DNA from: Candidatus Bathyarchaeia archaeon | GTDB taxonomy: Archaea; Thermoproteota; Bathyarchaeia; Bathyarchaeales; Bathycorpusculaceae | Length of the DNA stretch: 64,000 nt | Reading direction: 5' to 3' | Assembly: GCA_038882655.1 (NCBI GenBank) | Contig: JAVZNT010000003.1 | Coordinates: 12,411 to 76,410, forward strand | Program-made: the position numbers and the translations under genes | The notes under the pieces: model-generated | Database searches by the model: none | Seen by the model: only the letters and a program-made list of their open reading frames with translations | What the model was told of the DNA's origin: nothing | Part shown: in pieces, positions 1 through 9,683 of the stretch | How positions within the stretch are numbered: position 1 is the first letter of the stretch | Layout of the letters: each line of letters begins with the position of its first letter

Positions 1-1
1 A

Positions 2-670
2 ATAGCCGATTTTATTGTTGTTTTAACCCAAACAGACACAAAAGTTAGACCAACATACCGTGGTGAAACGTTGTTTGTCGTGAATAAGGGCACACCGGGA
101 CTTGAAACAACAAAGCTTCACAACAAGATGGGGATAAGATGTTCCGTAACTGGCGAAGTGCGCTTTGACAACGTTAAGGTCACCGACTGGCATATTGTAG
201 GCGAACTTAACAGAGGCTTCTACCACTCAATGGAGTTCTTCGACAAAACAAGGGTTGGCGTAGCAGCTCAAGCCGTGGGCATGGCTCAAGGCGCGTGGGA
301 AGTAGCCTTCAAATACTCAAAGCAGAGGGAAGCCTTCGGACAGCCCATAATACAGCATGAAGCCATAGGCTGTACCTTGGCGGAGTTAGCCACAAAAATA
401 GAGGCTGCAAGGCTTCTAACTTACAAGGCCGCTTGGCTCATAGATGTTGGAAAAATGGATCCAATGGGGACAGCCATGGCTAAACAGTACGCAAGCAGGG
501 TGGCAATGGAAGCCACAGACTTCGCCATCCAAACATTGGGCGGTTATGGCTATTTAGGCGAGTACCGTGTTGAAAGATACCATAGAGACGCAAAAATAAC
601 TGAAATCTACGAGGGAACAAGCGAAATCCAGAAGCTTACAGTGCTGAAGTATCTCCTAAGAAAGTTCTAA
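2..670 (+). CDS. acyl-CoA dehydrogenase, C-terminal part (5' end lies outside the window)
   Basis: The frame is open from base 2 (IADFIVVLTQTD...GETLFVVNKGTPG), so the listed ATG at 71 is internal. ACAD-like C-terminal motifs are present: RVGVAAQAVGMAQGA and ITEIYEGTSEIQ. Confidence 0.85.
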   Translation: MADFIVVLTQTDTKVRPTYRGETLFVVNKGTPGLETTKLHNKMGIRCSVTGEVRFDNVKVTDWHIVGELNRGFYHSMEFFDKTRVGVAAQAVGMAQGAWEVAFKYSKQREAFGQPIIQHEAIGCTLAELATKIEAARLLTYKAAWLIDVGKMDPMGTAMAKQYASRVAMEATDFAIQTLGGYGYLGEYRVERYHRDAKITEIYEGTSEIQKLTVLKYLLRKF

Positions 671-721
671 ATCTCCCAAAAGTAATATAGGCTGTTCCAT
701 AAAACATGGTTTGGTGAAATT

Positions 722-1510
722 ATGAGCAAAGCGTATGAAACCCTAAAAATTGAGAGGGAAGACAACGTCCTATGGATAACCCTAAACAGACCGCATAGAT
801 TAAACGCCTTTAACGACGTTTTAATGGAAGAGCTTGCAGACGCCTTGGATACGGCTGAAAAAGATTCATCCGTTAGATGTGTGGTGATAACCGGCGAAGG
901 CGACAGATCCTTCAGCGCTGGCGCAGACGTGACAATGTTTCCAAAGGCAACGCCCGTGAAAGCTGAAGAGTTTTCTAGGCTTGGGCAGAAGGTTTTCAGT
1001 AAAATAGAGGAAATGTCAAAACCAGTTATAGCGGCGATTAACGGCTTCGCCCTAGGCGGAGGCTTGGAACTGGCATTGGCATGCGACTTTAGAATAGCGG
1101 CAGAGCATGCAGAACTAGGTAGTCCCGAAATAAATTTGGGGCTAATACCTGGATGGGGTGGAACCCAAAGGCTTGTGAGGATTATTGGCTTAGCAAAGGC
1201 TAAGGAAATGGTTATGCTTGGAACAAGGCTTAAGGCTGAAGAAGCCCTAAAAATCGGTTTAGTCCACAAGATTGTGCATTACGAGAAGCTTAGAGACGAG
1301 GTTCGCGAGCTAGCCAAAAAACTGAGCGAAGGACCGCCTGTAGCTTTGAAGTATGCGAAATTCGCCGTAAACTTTGGAACACAAGTGCCATTAGACGCGG
1401 GCTTACGCATAGAATCAGCCCTTATGGGTCTAACCTTCTCAACAGAAGACCTGAAAGAAGGCGTTGAAGCCTTCATGTCAAGGCGGAAAGCAGAGTTCAA
1501 AGGAAAATAG
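722..1510 (+). CDS. enoyl-CoA hydratase/isomerase (crotonase family)
   Basis: Crotonase motifs ITGEGDRSFSAGADV, AAINGFALGGGLELALACDFRIA and PEINLGLIPGWGGTQRL. Confidence 0.9.
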   Translation: MSKAYETLKIEREDNVLWITLNRPHRLNAFNDVLMEELADALDTAEKDSSVRCVVITGEGDRSFSAGADVTMFPKATPVKAEEFSRLGQKVFSKIEEMSKPVIAAINGFALGGGLELALACDFRIAAEHAELGSPEINLGLIPGWGGTQRLVRIIGLAKAKEMVMLGTRLKAEEALKIGLVHKIVHYEKLRDEVRELAKKLSEGPPVALKYAKFAVNFGTQVPLDAGLRIESALMGLTFSTEDLKEGVEAFMSRRKAEFKGK

Positions 1511-1576
1511 GCACTTCACCATTTCCCCACATTTTTAATTGTTTCAAAATTTGAGGTCTAATGGAAGAGTGGTAAG

Positions 1577-2749
1577 ATGAGAAAAGTTGCGATCATCGGC
1601 GTTGGGAGCTCCAAGTTTGGAGTTAGAAACGATGTTAATGTGGCGGAACTCGCCTTTGAAGCTTTTAAGCCCTCTGTTGAGGATGCTGGGATAACGCCCA
1701 AAGACATAGAGTTCGTTGCTGTGGGCTCGACTGGAGCCGGAGCGTGGTATGAAGAGCTTCTCCCAGCCGTGGTTTCAGCTGAATATTGTGGCTTAACTGG
1801 GACTGGTCTTGTGCGTTGCGAAGCCGCATGTGCAAGTGGAAGTGCAGCCTTTTCGACAGCCTATTGGGATGTGGCAAGCGGGCAAGTCGAGATTGCAGCG
1901 GCTTTAGGTGTTGAGAAAATGCGGGAAATTGACACTCCGACAATGATGGAGTGGATTGGAAGAGCTGGATATTACCTATGGGAGTTCCACAACTTCGGTT
2001 TAACCTTTCCAGCTTATTATGCTTTATATGCAACCGCCCACATGGCGAAGTTCGGCACGACAGAAGAGGATTTAGCTTTAGTTGCTGTTAAAAACCACAA
2101 GTACGCTTCCATGAACCCAATAGCGCATCTACAAAACAGAATAACAGTTGACGACGTGTTATCTTCGATGGTTATTGCCGCACCCCTAAAACTCTTCGAC
2201 TGCTGCCCAGTCTCCGATGGGGCCGCTTCGATAATCTTGGCCTCTGAAGAGAAGGTTAAAGAGCTTAAGGTTGACACGCCAGTTTGGGTTGCCGGTATAG
2301 GATATGCTTCTGGAACAGCTAACATGAGCAAGAGGCTTGACTATGTGGGATTGGAAGCCAGCGTGGCAGCAGCCCAAAAAGCCTACAAAATGGCAAATGT
2401 AACACCAGACCAGCTTGACGTTGCAGTGGTCCACGACTGCTTCACCATAGCCGAAATAATGGCATACGAAGATTTGGGCTTCTGCAAGAAGGGCGAAGGC
2501 GCCAAACTAATTAGAGAGGGACAAACCGAAATAAGCGGAAAAATCCCGGTGAATGTAGACGGTGGCTTAAAAGCCAAGGGTCACCCGATTGGCACAACAG
2601 GCTGCTCAATGATATATGAGTTGACAAAGCAGTTGAGAGAGGAGGCTGTTGAAAAGAGCAGACAAGCTCCAATGAAAAATTACATAGCCCTAGCCCACAA
2701 TGTGGGCGGAACTGGGCACTACTGTTACGTGACGATTTTAAGGAGATGA
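1577..2749 (+). CDS. thiolase-family protein (archaeal acetyl-CoA acetyltransferase / SCP-x type)
   Basis: Active-site Cys context CEAACASGSAA and C-terminal HNVGGTG. It is followed 4 nt later by a DUF35 partner gene. Confidence 0.85.
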   Translation: MRKVAIIGVGSSKFGVRNDVNVAELAFEAFKPSVEDAGITPKDIEFVAVGSTGAGAWYEELLPAVVSAEYCGLTGTGLVRCEAACASGSAAFSTAYWDVASGQVEIAAALGVEKMREIDTPTMMEWIGRAGYYLWEFHNFGLTFPAYYALYATAHMAKFGTTEEDLALVAVKNHKYASMNPIAHLQNRITVDDVLSSMVIAAPLKLFDCCPVSDGAASIILASEEKVKELKVDTPVWVAGIGYASGTANMSKRLDYVGLEASVAAAQKAYKMANVTPDQLDVAVVHDCFTIAEIMAYEDLGFCKKGEGAKLIREGQTEISGKIPVNVDGGLKAKGHPIGTTGCSMIYELTKQLREEAVEKSRQAPMKNYIALAHNVGGTGHYCYVTILRR

Positions 2750-2753
2750 GAAG

Positions 2754-3185
2754 ATGGCTGCTATGCCCTCCATAAAATCGAGAGAAGTAAAAATCGTGCA
2801 AGACATCCCCATAAGTAAGACGCTTCAGTTTTGGGAAGCCCTCAAACAAGGGAAAATCCTAGCCACAAAATGCAGAAAATGTGGAAAACTGTATTTCCCA
2901 CCAGTTGCTGACTGCTCAAACTGCTTAACTTCAGACATGGAGTGGGTTGAACTCAGCAACGAGGCGACAATCGAAACTTTCACGCATGTGGTTGTTAGAC
3001 CAGCAACCTTCCAACAGGAAAAGCCCTACACCGTAGCCATCGGCAGACTAAAAGAAGGCGTTAGGGTGCTTGCGTGGCTTACAGGCTTTAAACTTTCAGA
3101 GGTTAAAGTGGGAATGAAAGCCAAACTTGTGGCAAAGTTAACCCCTGAAGGGCGTCCCACTTACGAGTTCACCCGTCCAGAGTAA
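2754..3185 (+). CDS. DUF35 OB-fold / zinc-ribbon protein (thiolase-associated)
   Basis: Zinc ribbon CRKCGKLYFPPVADCSNC followed by an OB-fold-like C-terminus. Typical gene pairing directly downstream of an archaeal thiolase. Confidence 0.8.
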   Translation: MAAMPSIKSREVKIVQDIPISKTLQFWEALKQGKILATKCRKCGKLYFPPVADCSNCLTSDMEWVELSNEATIETFTHVVVRPATFQQEKPYTVAIGRLKEGVRVLAWLTGFKLSEVKVGMKAKLVAKLTPEGRPTYEFTRPE

Positions 3186-3241
3186 AACCATGGAAAGTAT
3201 TATTACTTCAAAAATCGAAAATATCTCTAATAGGGTTTGAT

Positions 3242-4981
3242 ATGCCAGCTAAAAGGAAAAAGAAGGGTGAAGAGGAGAAAATTAAAAAGCCAGAAATGCC
3301 GGAAAAACCATGGTACAAGTTTTGGTCGCCCAGCGTTAGAAAACACATAGACTATCCCGAGGTGCCCCTTTTCGAGTTTTTAAGAGACTCCGCCAAAAAA
3401 TATTCAGATAAGACTGCGATAATCTACTTTGACAGAAAAATAACCTATAAGGAACTGGATTTGCTCTCTGACAGGTTTGCAACTGCCTTAGCGAATTTAG
3501 GAGTAAAGAAGGGGGACAAAGTCGCAATTTATCTTCCAAACGTTCCGCAGTTTGTAATTTCCTATTATGGCGCTTTGAAGGCTGGAGCAATTGTCACTGC
3601 GATAAGTCCGCTTTATAAGGAGCGGGAGGTGGAGCATCAGCTAAACGATTCTGAAGCTGAAACAATAGTTGTTCTTGACTTGCTTTATCCAATTGTGGCG
3701 AAGGTTTGGGGGAAAACAAAGCTTCGAAATGTTATAGTGGCAGGCCTAAAGGATTACATGCCAACTTTTAAGGCTGTTCTCGGTTCCTTATTGAAAAAGA
3801 TTCCATCTCATAAAGTTGAGCGGAAGGCCAACGTTTACTTTTTCATGGAATTGATGGCAAAGTATGAGGCTAAACCGCTGAAAGTTGAAATAAATCCGAG
3901 GGAAGATTTGGCTGCTCTCCAATACACTGGCGGGACTACTGGAATTTCTAAAGGAGCTATGCTCACTCACATGAACCTTGTTTCAAACGCTGTTATGTGC
4001 AAAGAATGGCTGCAAGCCAACGAGGCTGAAGAAGTTGTTTTAACAGTGCTTCCACTGTTCCACATCTACGGTATGACGACAAGCATGAACGCTCCAATAT
4101 TTTTCGCTGGAACAATGGTTATGTTGCCCCGCTTCGACCCAGTAGCCGTCTTGGAAGCCATCCACAAACACAGAGTGACGGTGTTTTGCGGTGCACCGAC
4201 AATGTATGCAATGCTCATAGCCCACCCAGACCTCAAAAGATACGACCTAAAATCAATAAAATTCTGTGTTTCAGGAGCAGCTCCGCTCCCACCAGAGGTC
4301 CAGAAGAAGTTCATGGAGGTTACAGGAGGCGTTTTGGTTGAAGGTTATGGGCTTACAGAATCATCGCCAGTAACACATGCTAACCCGCTTGACAAAACTA
4401 TGAAGACCGTGAAGATAGGCTCAATTGGGATACCTTGGCCTGACACAGACGCGAAAATAGTTGATTTGGAGACAGGCGAAAAAGAGCTTCCACCCGGAGA
4501 AATTGGTGAACTTATAGTTAAGGGGCCACAAGTGATGAAGGGCTACTGGAAAATGCCAGAAGAAACAGCCGAAGTCTTGAGAAATGGCTGGCTTTACACC
4601 GGCGACATTGGAAAAATGGACGAGGACGGCTACTTCTACATAACAGACAGAAAGAAAGATCTAATCAAATACAAGGGCTACAGCGTCTACCCAAGGGAGC
4701 TTGAAGATGTCTTATATGAGCATCCAGCTGTGAAACTCTGCGGAGTTATTGGCAAACCAGACCCTGTTGCTGGTGAAATCCCAAAAGCTTTCGTTGTGCT
4801 GAAAGAGGGAATGACTGCCACCGAAGAGGAGCTGATGAAATTTGTAAATGAGAAGGTTGCACCTTACAAGGCGATTAGGGAGCTGGAGATTCGCAAGGAG
4901 CTACCACTAAGCGCTGTTGGCAAGGTTCTCCGCAGAGTTCTGCGGGAAGAAGAGCTTAAAAAACTGGCTGCTAAAACCTAG
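3242..4981 (+). CDS. AMP-dependent acyl-CoA synthetase (fatty-acid--CoA ligase family)
   Basis: AMP-binding motifs YTGGTTGISKGAMLTH, GYGLTE and WLYTGDIGKMDEDGYFYITDRKKDLIKYKGYSVYPRELE. The Lys-rich first 18 codons may be non-coding; an alternative start gives MPEKPWY. Confidence 0.9.
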   Translation: MPAKRKKKGEEEKIKKPEMPEKPWYKFWSPSVRKHIDYPEVPLFEFLRDSAKKYSDKTAIIYFDRKITYKELDLLSDRFATALANLGVKKGDKVAIYLPNVPQFVISYYGALKAGAIVTAISPLYKEREVEHQLNDSEAETIVVLDLLYPIVAKVWGKTKLRNVIVAGLKDYMPTFKAVLGSLLKKIPSHKVERKANVYFFMELMAKYEAKPLKVEINPREDLAALQYTGGTTGISKGAMLTHMNLVSNAVMCKEWLQANEAEEVVLTVLPLFHIYGMTTSMNAPIFFAGTMVMLPRFDPVAVLEAIHKHRVTVFCGAPTMYAMLIAHPDLKRYDLKSIKFCVSGAAPLPPEVQKKFMEVTGGVLVEGYGLTESSPVTHANPLDKTMKTVKIGSIGIPWPDTDAKIVDLETGEKELPPGEIGELIVKGPQVMKGYWKMPEETAEVLRNGWLYTGDIGKMDEDGYFYITDRKKDLIKYKGYSVYPRELEDVLYEHPAVKLCGVIGKPDPVAGEIPKAFVVLKEGMTATEEELMKFVNEKVAPYKAIRELEIRKELPLSAVGKVLRRVLREEELKKLAAKT

Positions 4982-4988
4982 CTTTTCT

Positions 4989-6530
4989 TTAAATTGACTC
5001 ACTTAATTTCTTCCCAAACTTTTCAGTCCACTCACTGACTGATATGGCGAACTGTTTTTCCACATTGTTTCTATGGATGCTGTTGTATGTACAGAAGGGT
5101 CTAACCTTGCCGTCGGGCGTTGCATAGTGTATGACGCATCTTTGCACGCGGTCTAGATCAAAGTTCCAGACATCCATAAAATGCATTATCCCGATCATGA
5201 CTATCCTGCGCATAAACCTTCCAAGCGCCTCGTAGCTTCCCTTTGTTATAACGTCTTTAAGCAAGCCTCTAACAAGTGGTGACTTCACGAGTGGCAAAAG
5301 TTCCAACATTTTCATCTTCGCCGTTGTCCTCTTACCCTTAACGCCAGAATAGTAAATGTTCCAGAAGATTTCGGAGAAACGGTCAACATCCACGTACTGC
5401 GTAATAGGCTTGTATGAACCGTCCTTTTCAACAACAAGGAATGTTGCTGCTCCACACATGGGATGCATTGTGAATTCTGGATAAACCCTATTCTTCACAA
5501 CGCTCATGCCTTTAGAAATTGGAACAGGCCAGTTGACGGGTCGCCAGTCCCACCGCGTGACAATCCCATTTGTCTGTTCTTCTATTATTTTGATGGTGTC
5601 CGGCACTGTTATGCGCATTTTTCGCATTTCGTCTTTGCGGGCTCTTCCAGCCATAGAAATAGGCTGAATATTGATGCATCTAACAACATCGTGATTTTCA
5701 ACAGCGTAGCGCACTATGTCGCCTAGATCTATGTCGTTTACGCCTCTTGCGAGGGTGACTACCAAAACTATGGAGTCTAAGCCTATTTTTCTGGCATTTT
5801 CCAAAACCTTATGCTTAACTTGGACGAGGTCTGTTCTGCCCCTGGTTTTCTTATAGATTTCTTCCCTTAAACCGTCAAACTGAAGATAAAGTGTGCTCAT
5901 GCCAGCGTCTAAAAGTTTCTTGAAATAGTCTATTTCTTCTGCAATGCGTAAACCATTAGTATTCACTTCCACATGCTCTATTCCAGCCTTTTTCGCCTCT
6001 GCAATAAGCTGTGGCAAATCGTTTCTTATGGTTGGTTCGCCTCCACTGAACTGGAGCGCGTTGCACGCCCAAGGCTTATTGTTTCTAAGCAGTTTAATCA
6101 TATCCACAATCTGCTCGTATGTTGGTTCATAGACATAGTTAACCGCCCCAGCATAGGCGAAGCAGACGGGACAAGCCATATTGCACCGATTTGTGACGTC
6201 TATTATGCCTAAAACCGTGTAAGACTTATGTTGAGTGCATAAGCCGCAGTCGTAGGGGCACCCTTTGACAGTTTTTGTGTGGGGATTTTCCAAGCCATTT
6301 CCGATGTATTTGGCGTTGTACCATCCTCTGTAAATCCACTTGAAAAGCTCAGCGTCCCCCCAGTAAACATCTTCAAACTTTCCATGTTCTGGGCATGTTT
6401 TCTCGAGGTATATTACGCCGTGTTCCTCGTAGATTCTCATGGGAACCTTGTTTAGGCATTCTGGACATAGGCTTGTTGAGTAAGTTTCAAACTTTGCCTC
6501 TTCTTCTTGTTTTTGCATGTTAATCGCCAT
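4989..6530 (-). CDS. radical SAM protein of the MJ0619 family (tetraether lipid synthase Tes / GDGT-MAS-like)
   Basis: N-terminal Cys knuckles CPECL...CPEHG, auxiliary-cluster-like CPYDCGLCTQH, and radical SAM CNMACPVC (CxxxCxxC). Length is 513 aa. The family assignment is from memory of the MJ0619-type architecture. Confidence 0.6.
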   Translation of the reverse strand: MAINMQKQEEEAKFETYSTSLCPECLNKVPMRIYEEHGVIYLEKTCPEHGKFEDVYWGDAELFKWIYRGWYNAKYIGNGLENPHTKTVKGCPYDCGLCTQHKSYTVLGIIDVTNRCNMACPVCFAYAGAVNYVYEPTYEQIVDMIKLLRNNKPWACNALQFSGGEPTIRNDLPQLIAEAKKAGIEHVEVNTNGLRIAEEIDYFKKLLDAGMSTLYLQFDGLREEIYKKTRGRTDLVQVKHKVLENARKIGLDSIVLVVTLARGVNDIDLGDIVRYAVENHDVVRCINIQPISMAGRARKDEMRKMRITVPDTIKIIEEQTNGIVTRWDWRPVNWPVPISKGMSVVKNRVYPEFTMHPMCGAATFLVVEKDGSYKPITQYVDVDRFSEIFWNIYYSGVKGKRTTAKMKMLELLPLVKSPLVRGLLKDVITKGSYEALGRFMRRIVMIGIMHFMDVWNFDLDRVQRCVIHYATPDGKVRPFCTYNSIHRNNVEKQFAISVSEWTEKFGKKLSESI

Positions 6531-6560
6531 GTTATGTTTTAAGGTCTTGGTTTGTTGGCT

Positions 6561-6587
6561 ATATTAAAATTTCCATAATTTTAATAT
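6561..6587. promoter_or_regulatory. perfect 11-5-11 inverted repeat in a divergent promoter region (candidate operator and TATA elements)
   Basis: ATATTAAAATT-tccat-AATTTTAATAT lies in the 80-nt gap between the radical SAM gene (start 6530, minus) and the TrmB-like gene (start 6611, plus). Confidence 0.5.
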
Positions 6588-6610
6588 GGTGAAAAGTATT
6601 ACTCTCTCAC

Positions 6611-7354
6611 ATGAGCGAAAAAACAAGAACACTACTCAGAAAGGCTGGACTAACAGACTGTGAGGCAGACGCATACCTACTCCTTCTGGAGAAAGGCGCG
6701 TTAACAGCCAAACAAATAAGCTACGGGGCACAGATACCCTACTCCAAAGTTTATCAAGTTCTAAACAGTTTAGAAAAGAAAGGCTGGATAGAATCGGCTA
6801 GGAAAAGACCGAGCAAGTATTTTCCAAAATCGCCTAAAACAGCCCTAAAAACTGCAAGGGCAGCCTTTGAAAATGAGTGGTTGCAGATTGAGAAAACTAT
6901 CACCGATGAATTGCTTCCTATCTATGGAAAACTGAAGACCAAGGAGAAATATGACGTTTGGATTCTGAGGGGGGCATTAAACATAATTTCAAAGTTTAAG
7001 GAAATGACTAAAAAATGTAGGCAAGAGCTACTTATTGCTCTACCATTTGTTAAAGAAGAGTTTTTAATGGATTTTCATCAGCTGCTTTATTCCTTTGTTA
7101 GCGAAAAGGTACAGGTGCGCTTTATGATGTTAAAGGGACTAAGCGAAAACGTGTATAAGATGCTTTCAAAAATCGGCGAGGTGCGATGTCGGACAAAAAT
7201 GTTTGGCGGTGGAGCCATATCCGACGGCAGCGAAGTCTTACTACTCTTCAGTGACGAAAGAAGTGGAATAAGCGCCATATGGTCTGACCATCCAGGGTTG
7301 GCGGCACTAGCAAAAGATTATTTTAACTATTTGTGGAAGGAGTCTGAAGAGTGA
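6611..7354 (+). CDS. TrmB-family transcriptional regulator
   Basis: N-terminal wHTH typical of TrmB (LLRKAGLTDCEADAYLLLLEKGALTAKQIS...VYQVLNSLEKKGWI) plus a TrmB-like C-terminal domain of about 130 aa. Confidence 0.75.
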   Translation: MSEKTRTLLRKAGLTDCEADAYLLLLEKGALTAKQISYGAQIPYSKVYQVLNSLEKKGWIESARKRPSKYFPKSPKTALKTARAAFENEWLQIEKTITDELLPIYGKLKTKEKYDVWILRGALNIISKFKEMTKKCRQELLIALPFVKEEFLMDFHQLLYSFVSEKVQVRFMMLKGLSENVYKMLSKIGEVRCRTKMFGGGAISDGSEVLLLFSDERSGISAIWSDHPGLAALAKDYFNYLWKESEE

Positions 7355-7394
7355 AACTTTAAACCAGTGTTTTAAATGTGAATAGCTTCAAGAG

Positions 7395-9683
7395 ATGGAC
7401 ACGGTGCGAGTAAAAGTTAGAGTTACCGGCATAATTCAAGGTGTTGGATTTCGTCCATTTACATATCGCATAGCCGTGAAAAACGGTTTGAAAGGCTATG
7501 TTAAAAATATGGGTGACGCAGGCGTTGAAATCCTCTTAGAAGGCGAAGAAAACGCCATCAACAGCTTCTTAAGGGATTTGAGGGAAAAGAACCCGCCATT
7601 GGCGCATATACATGAAATTATCACAGTAAAACTTGAGGGTGAACACCAGTATTCCAGCTTTACGATCGAGAAAAGCTCCGAGGAGTCTGAGCTTTCGGGC
7701 TCTGTTATTCCGCCAGACGTAGCCATATGCGGCGAGTGCCTAAAAGAATTGAGGGAGAAGAGCAACCTTAGATATGAATACTTTTTTATAACGTGCACCG
7801 ACTGTGGTCCAAGATACACAATTATTGAAAGGCCCCCATACGACCGTGAAAACACCACTATGCGAGATTTTCCAATGTGCAGTTTCTGCCAAAGAGAATA
7901 CAAAGATCCGTTGGATAGGCGTTTCCATGCGCAAACTGTGGCTTGTCCAAAATGTGGTCCAAAAGTTTACTTAACCACAAGCAAAGGCGAACTGATTTCT
8001 GTTCATGATCCGATAAGGGAGGCTGGTAAACTGCTTGCTGAGGGCTTTATTGTTGCCATAAAGGGGTACGGCGGCTTTCACATGGCGGCGGCAACAACAA
8101 AGGATGAGCCTCTGGTAAGGCTTAGAGAGGCAAAGCATAGAAGGCAGAAGCCATTTGCTATTATGGCGCGAAGCCTCGAAACCGTGAAGTCTTTCGCCGA
8201 AGTTAGTCCAAGAGAAACTGAGCTTTTAACCTCTCATACACGACCCATAGTGCTCTTGAAAAAGAGCTGCAAATACTCCCTTTCAGATTTGGTTGCTCCG
8301 GGTTTGCATAATGTGGGCGTCATGCTTCCTTACACTGGATTGCACTATATGTTGTTTGACAGCGTAGACGAACCAGCCTTTGTCATGACAAGTGCCAATC
8401 CACCCAACCAGCCAATAGTTAAAGACGACGAGGAAGCCTTAAAAACGCTGGGCGACATTGTTGACTACTTCCTCTTCCATAATAGGCGCATAGCCCACAG
8501 ATGCGACGACTCAGTGGTGCGAGTGCATGGCGAAAAACTGGTTTTTATTAGGCGTTCAAGGGGTTACGCGCCAGCCCCTGTGATCTTGAGGGAGAAAGCC
8601 AAAAAATGTGTCTTGGCTTTGGGCGGGGAGCTTAACAACACCGCATGTGTTTTGCTCGGCAACAAATCCTTCATATCCCAACATATTGGCGATGTAGAAA
8701 ACATAGAAACGCGGGTTTTCTTGGAAAGCGCCGCCAAACATCTAATCCGTCTAACAAACAGCAAGGTGGAAGTTGTTGTGTGCGACTTGCATCCGAAGTT
8801 CACGACAACAAAGCTTGCACAAGACTTGGCTGAAGAAAATGGCTGGCAGCTTTTCCAAATCCAACATCACTACGCGCATGTTGCAGCCTTGATGGCTGAG
8901 CACGGTGTATCTGAAATTGTCGGCGTGTGCTGTGACGGCTACGGATACGGTGTTGACGGCGAGGCATGGGGCGGCGAAATAATACTGGGATTAAAAGACT
9001 CTATGGAGTTTAAGCGCCTAGCTCACCTTGAAAAGCAGCCCATGATTGGCGCAGATTTAGCCACCTGCTATCCGCTGAGAATGGCTGCTGGAATATTGTA
9101 CAAAAAGGTAGATGTGAAAGACTGGCTCATGTGGAATAGTAGGCATTTCCCTTATGGCGAAGGAGAGGTTCATTTGATTCTTCAACAACTGAAAATGGGA
9201 CGCTGCACAGTTAAAACAACAAGTTGTGGAAGGATTTTAGATGCTGTTGCAGCTGTTTTAAGCATATGCTTTGAACGAACATATGAAGGCGAGCCAGCCA
9301 TGAAACTTGAATCAACAGCAATGAAAGGAAACGACACGCTAAAATTGAAACCAATAATCAAAGAAGACACCCTAAACACCACGGAACTGCTGCTGGAAAT
9401 ATTTGAAAACAGAGAAAAATATGCTATACCTGATTTGGCTTTTTCCGCGCATGCCTACTTAGCCCGAGGCTTGGCTGAACTAGCCATAGAAAAAGCTTTA
9501 GAAAATGGCGTTAAAGTTATTGGATTTTCTGGCGGGGTTGCATGCAACGAGATATTAAACAGAATTATGCGGGAAACTATTGAGGCAGCTGGCCTAAAAT
9601 TTCTTGTCCATGAGGCGGTTCCACCGGGCGATGGCGGTTTATCCTTCGGTCAAGCTTTCACCGCTGGGTTCTCGTCATCTTAA
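7395..9683 (+). CDS. hypF: [NiFe]-hydrogenase maturation carbamoyltransferase HypF
   Basis: Acylphosphatase-like N-terminus (VTGIIQGVGFRPF). Two double zinc-finger motifs (CGECLKEL...CTDCGPRYT and CSFCQREY...CPKCGPK). YrdC-like and Kae1-like C-terminal domains. Length is 762 aa. Confidence 0.95.
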   Translation: MDTVRVKVRVTGIIQGVGFRPFTYRIAVKNGLKGYVKNMGDAGVEILLEGEENAINSFLRDLREKNPPLAHIHEIITVKLEGEHQYSSFTIEKSSEESELSGSVIPPDVAICGECLKELREKSNLRYEYFFITCTDCGPRYTIIERPPYDRENTTMRDFPMCSFCQREYKDPLDRRFHAQTVACPKCGPKVYLTTSKGELISVHDPIREAGKLLAEGFIVAIKGYGGFHMAAATTKDEPLVRLREAKHRRQKPFAIMARSLETVKSFAEVSPRETELLTSHTRPIVLLKKSCKYSLSDLVAPGLHNVGVMLPYTGLHYMLFDSVDEPAFVMTSANPPNQPIVKDDEEALKTLGDIVDYFLFHNRRIAHRCDDSVVRVHGEKLVFIRRSRGYAPAPVILREKAKKCVLALGGELNNTACVLLGNKSFISQHIGDVENIETRVFLESAAKHLIRLTNSKVEVVVCDLHPKFTTTKLAQDLAEENGWQLFQIQHHYAHVAALMAEHGVSEIVGVCCDGYGYGVDGEAWGGEIILGLKDSMEFKRLAHLEKQPMIGADLATCYPLRMAAGILYKKVDVKDWLMWNSRHFPYGEGEVHLILQQLKMGRCTVKTTSCGRILDAVAAVLSICFERTYEGEPAMKLESTAMKGNDTLKLKPIIKEDTLNTTELLLEIFENREKYAIPDLAFSAHAYLARGLAELAIEKALENGVKVIGFSGGVACNEILNRIMRETIEAAGLKFLVHEAVPPGDGGLSFGQAFTAGFSSS

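Noticed and set aside
667-1269. 200-aa minus-strand ORF antisense to the enoyl-CoA hydratase gene.
   Set aside because: It is a shadow ORF. The plus-strand gene has unambiguous crotonase motifs, and the antisense product has no recognisable features.
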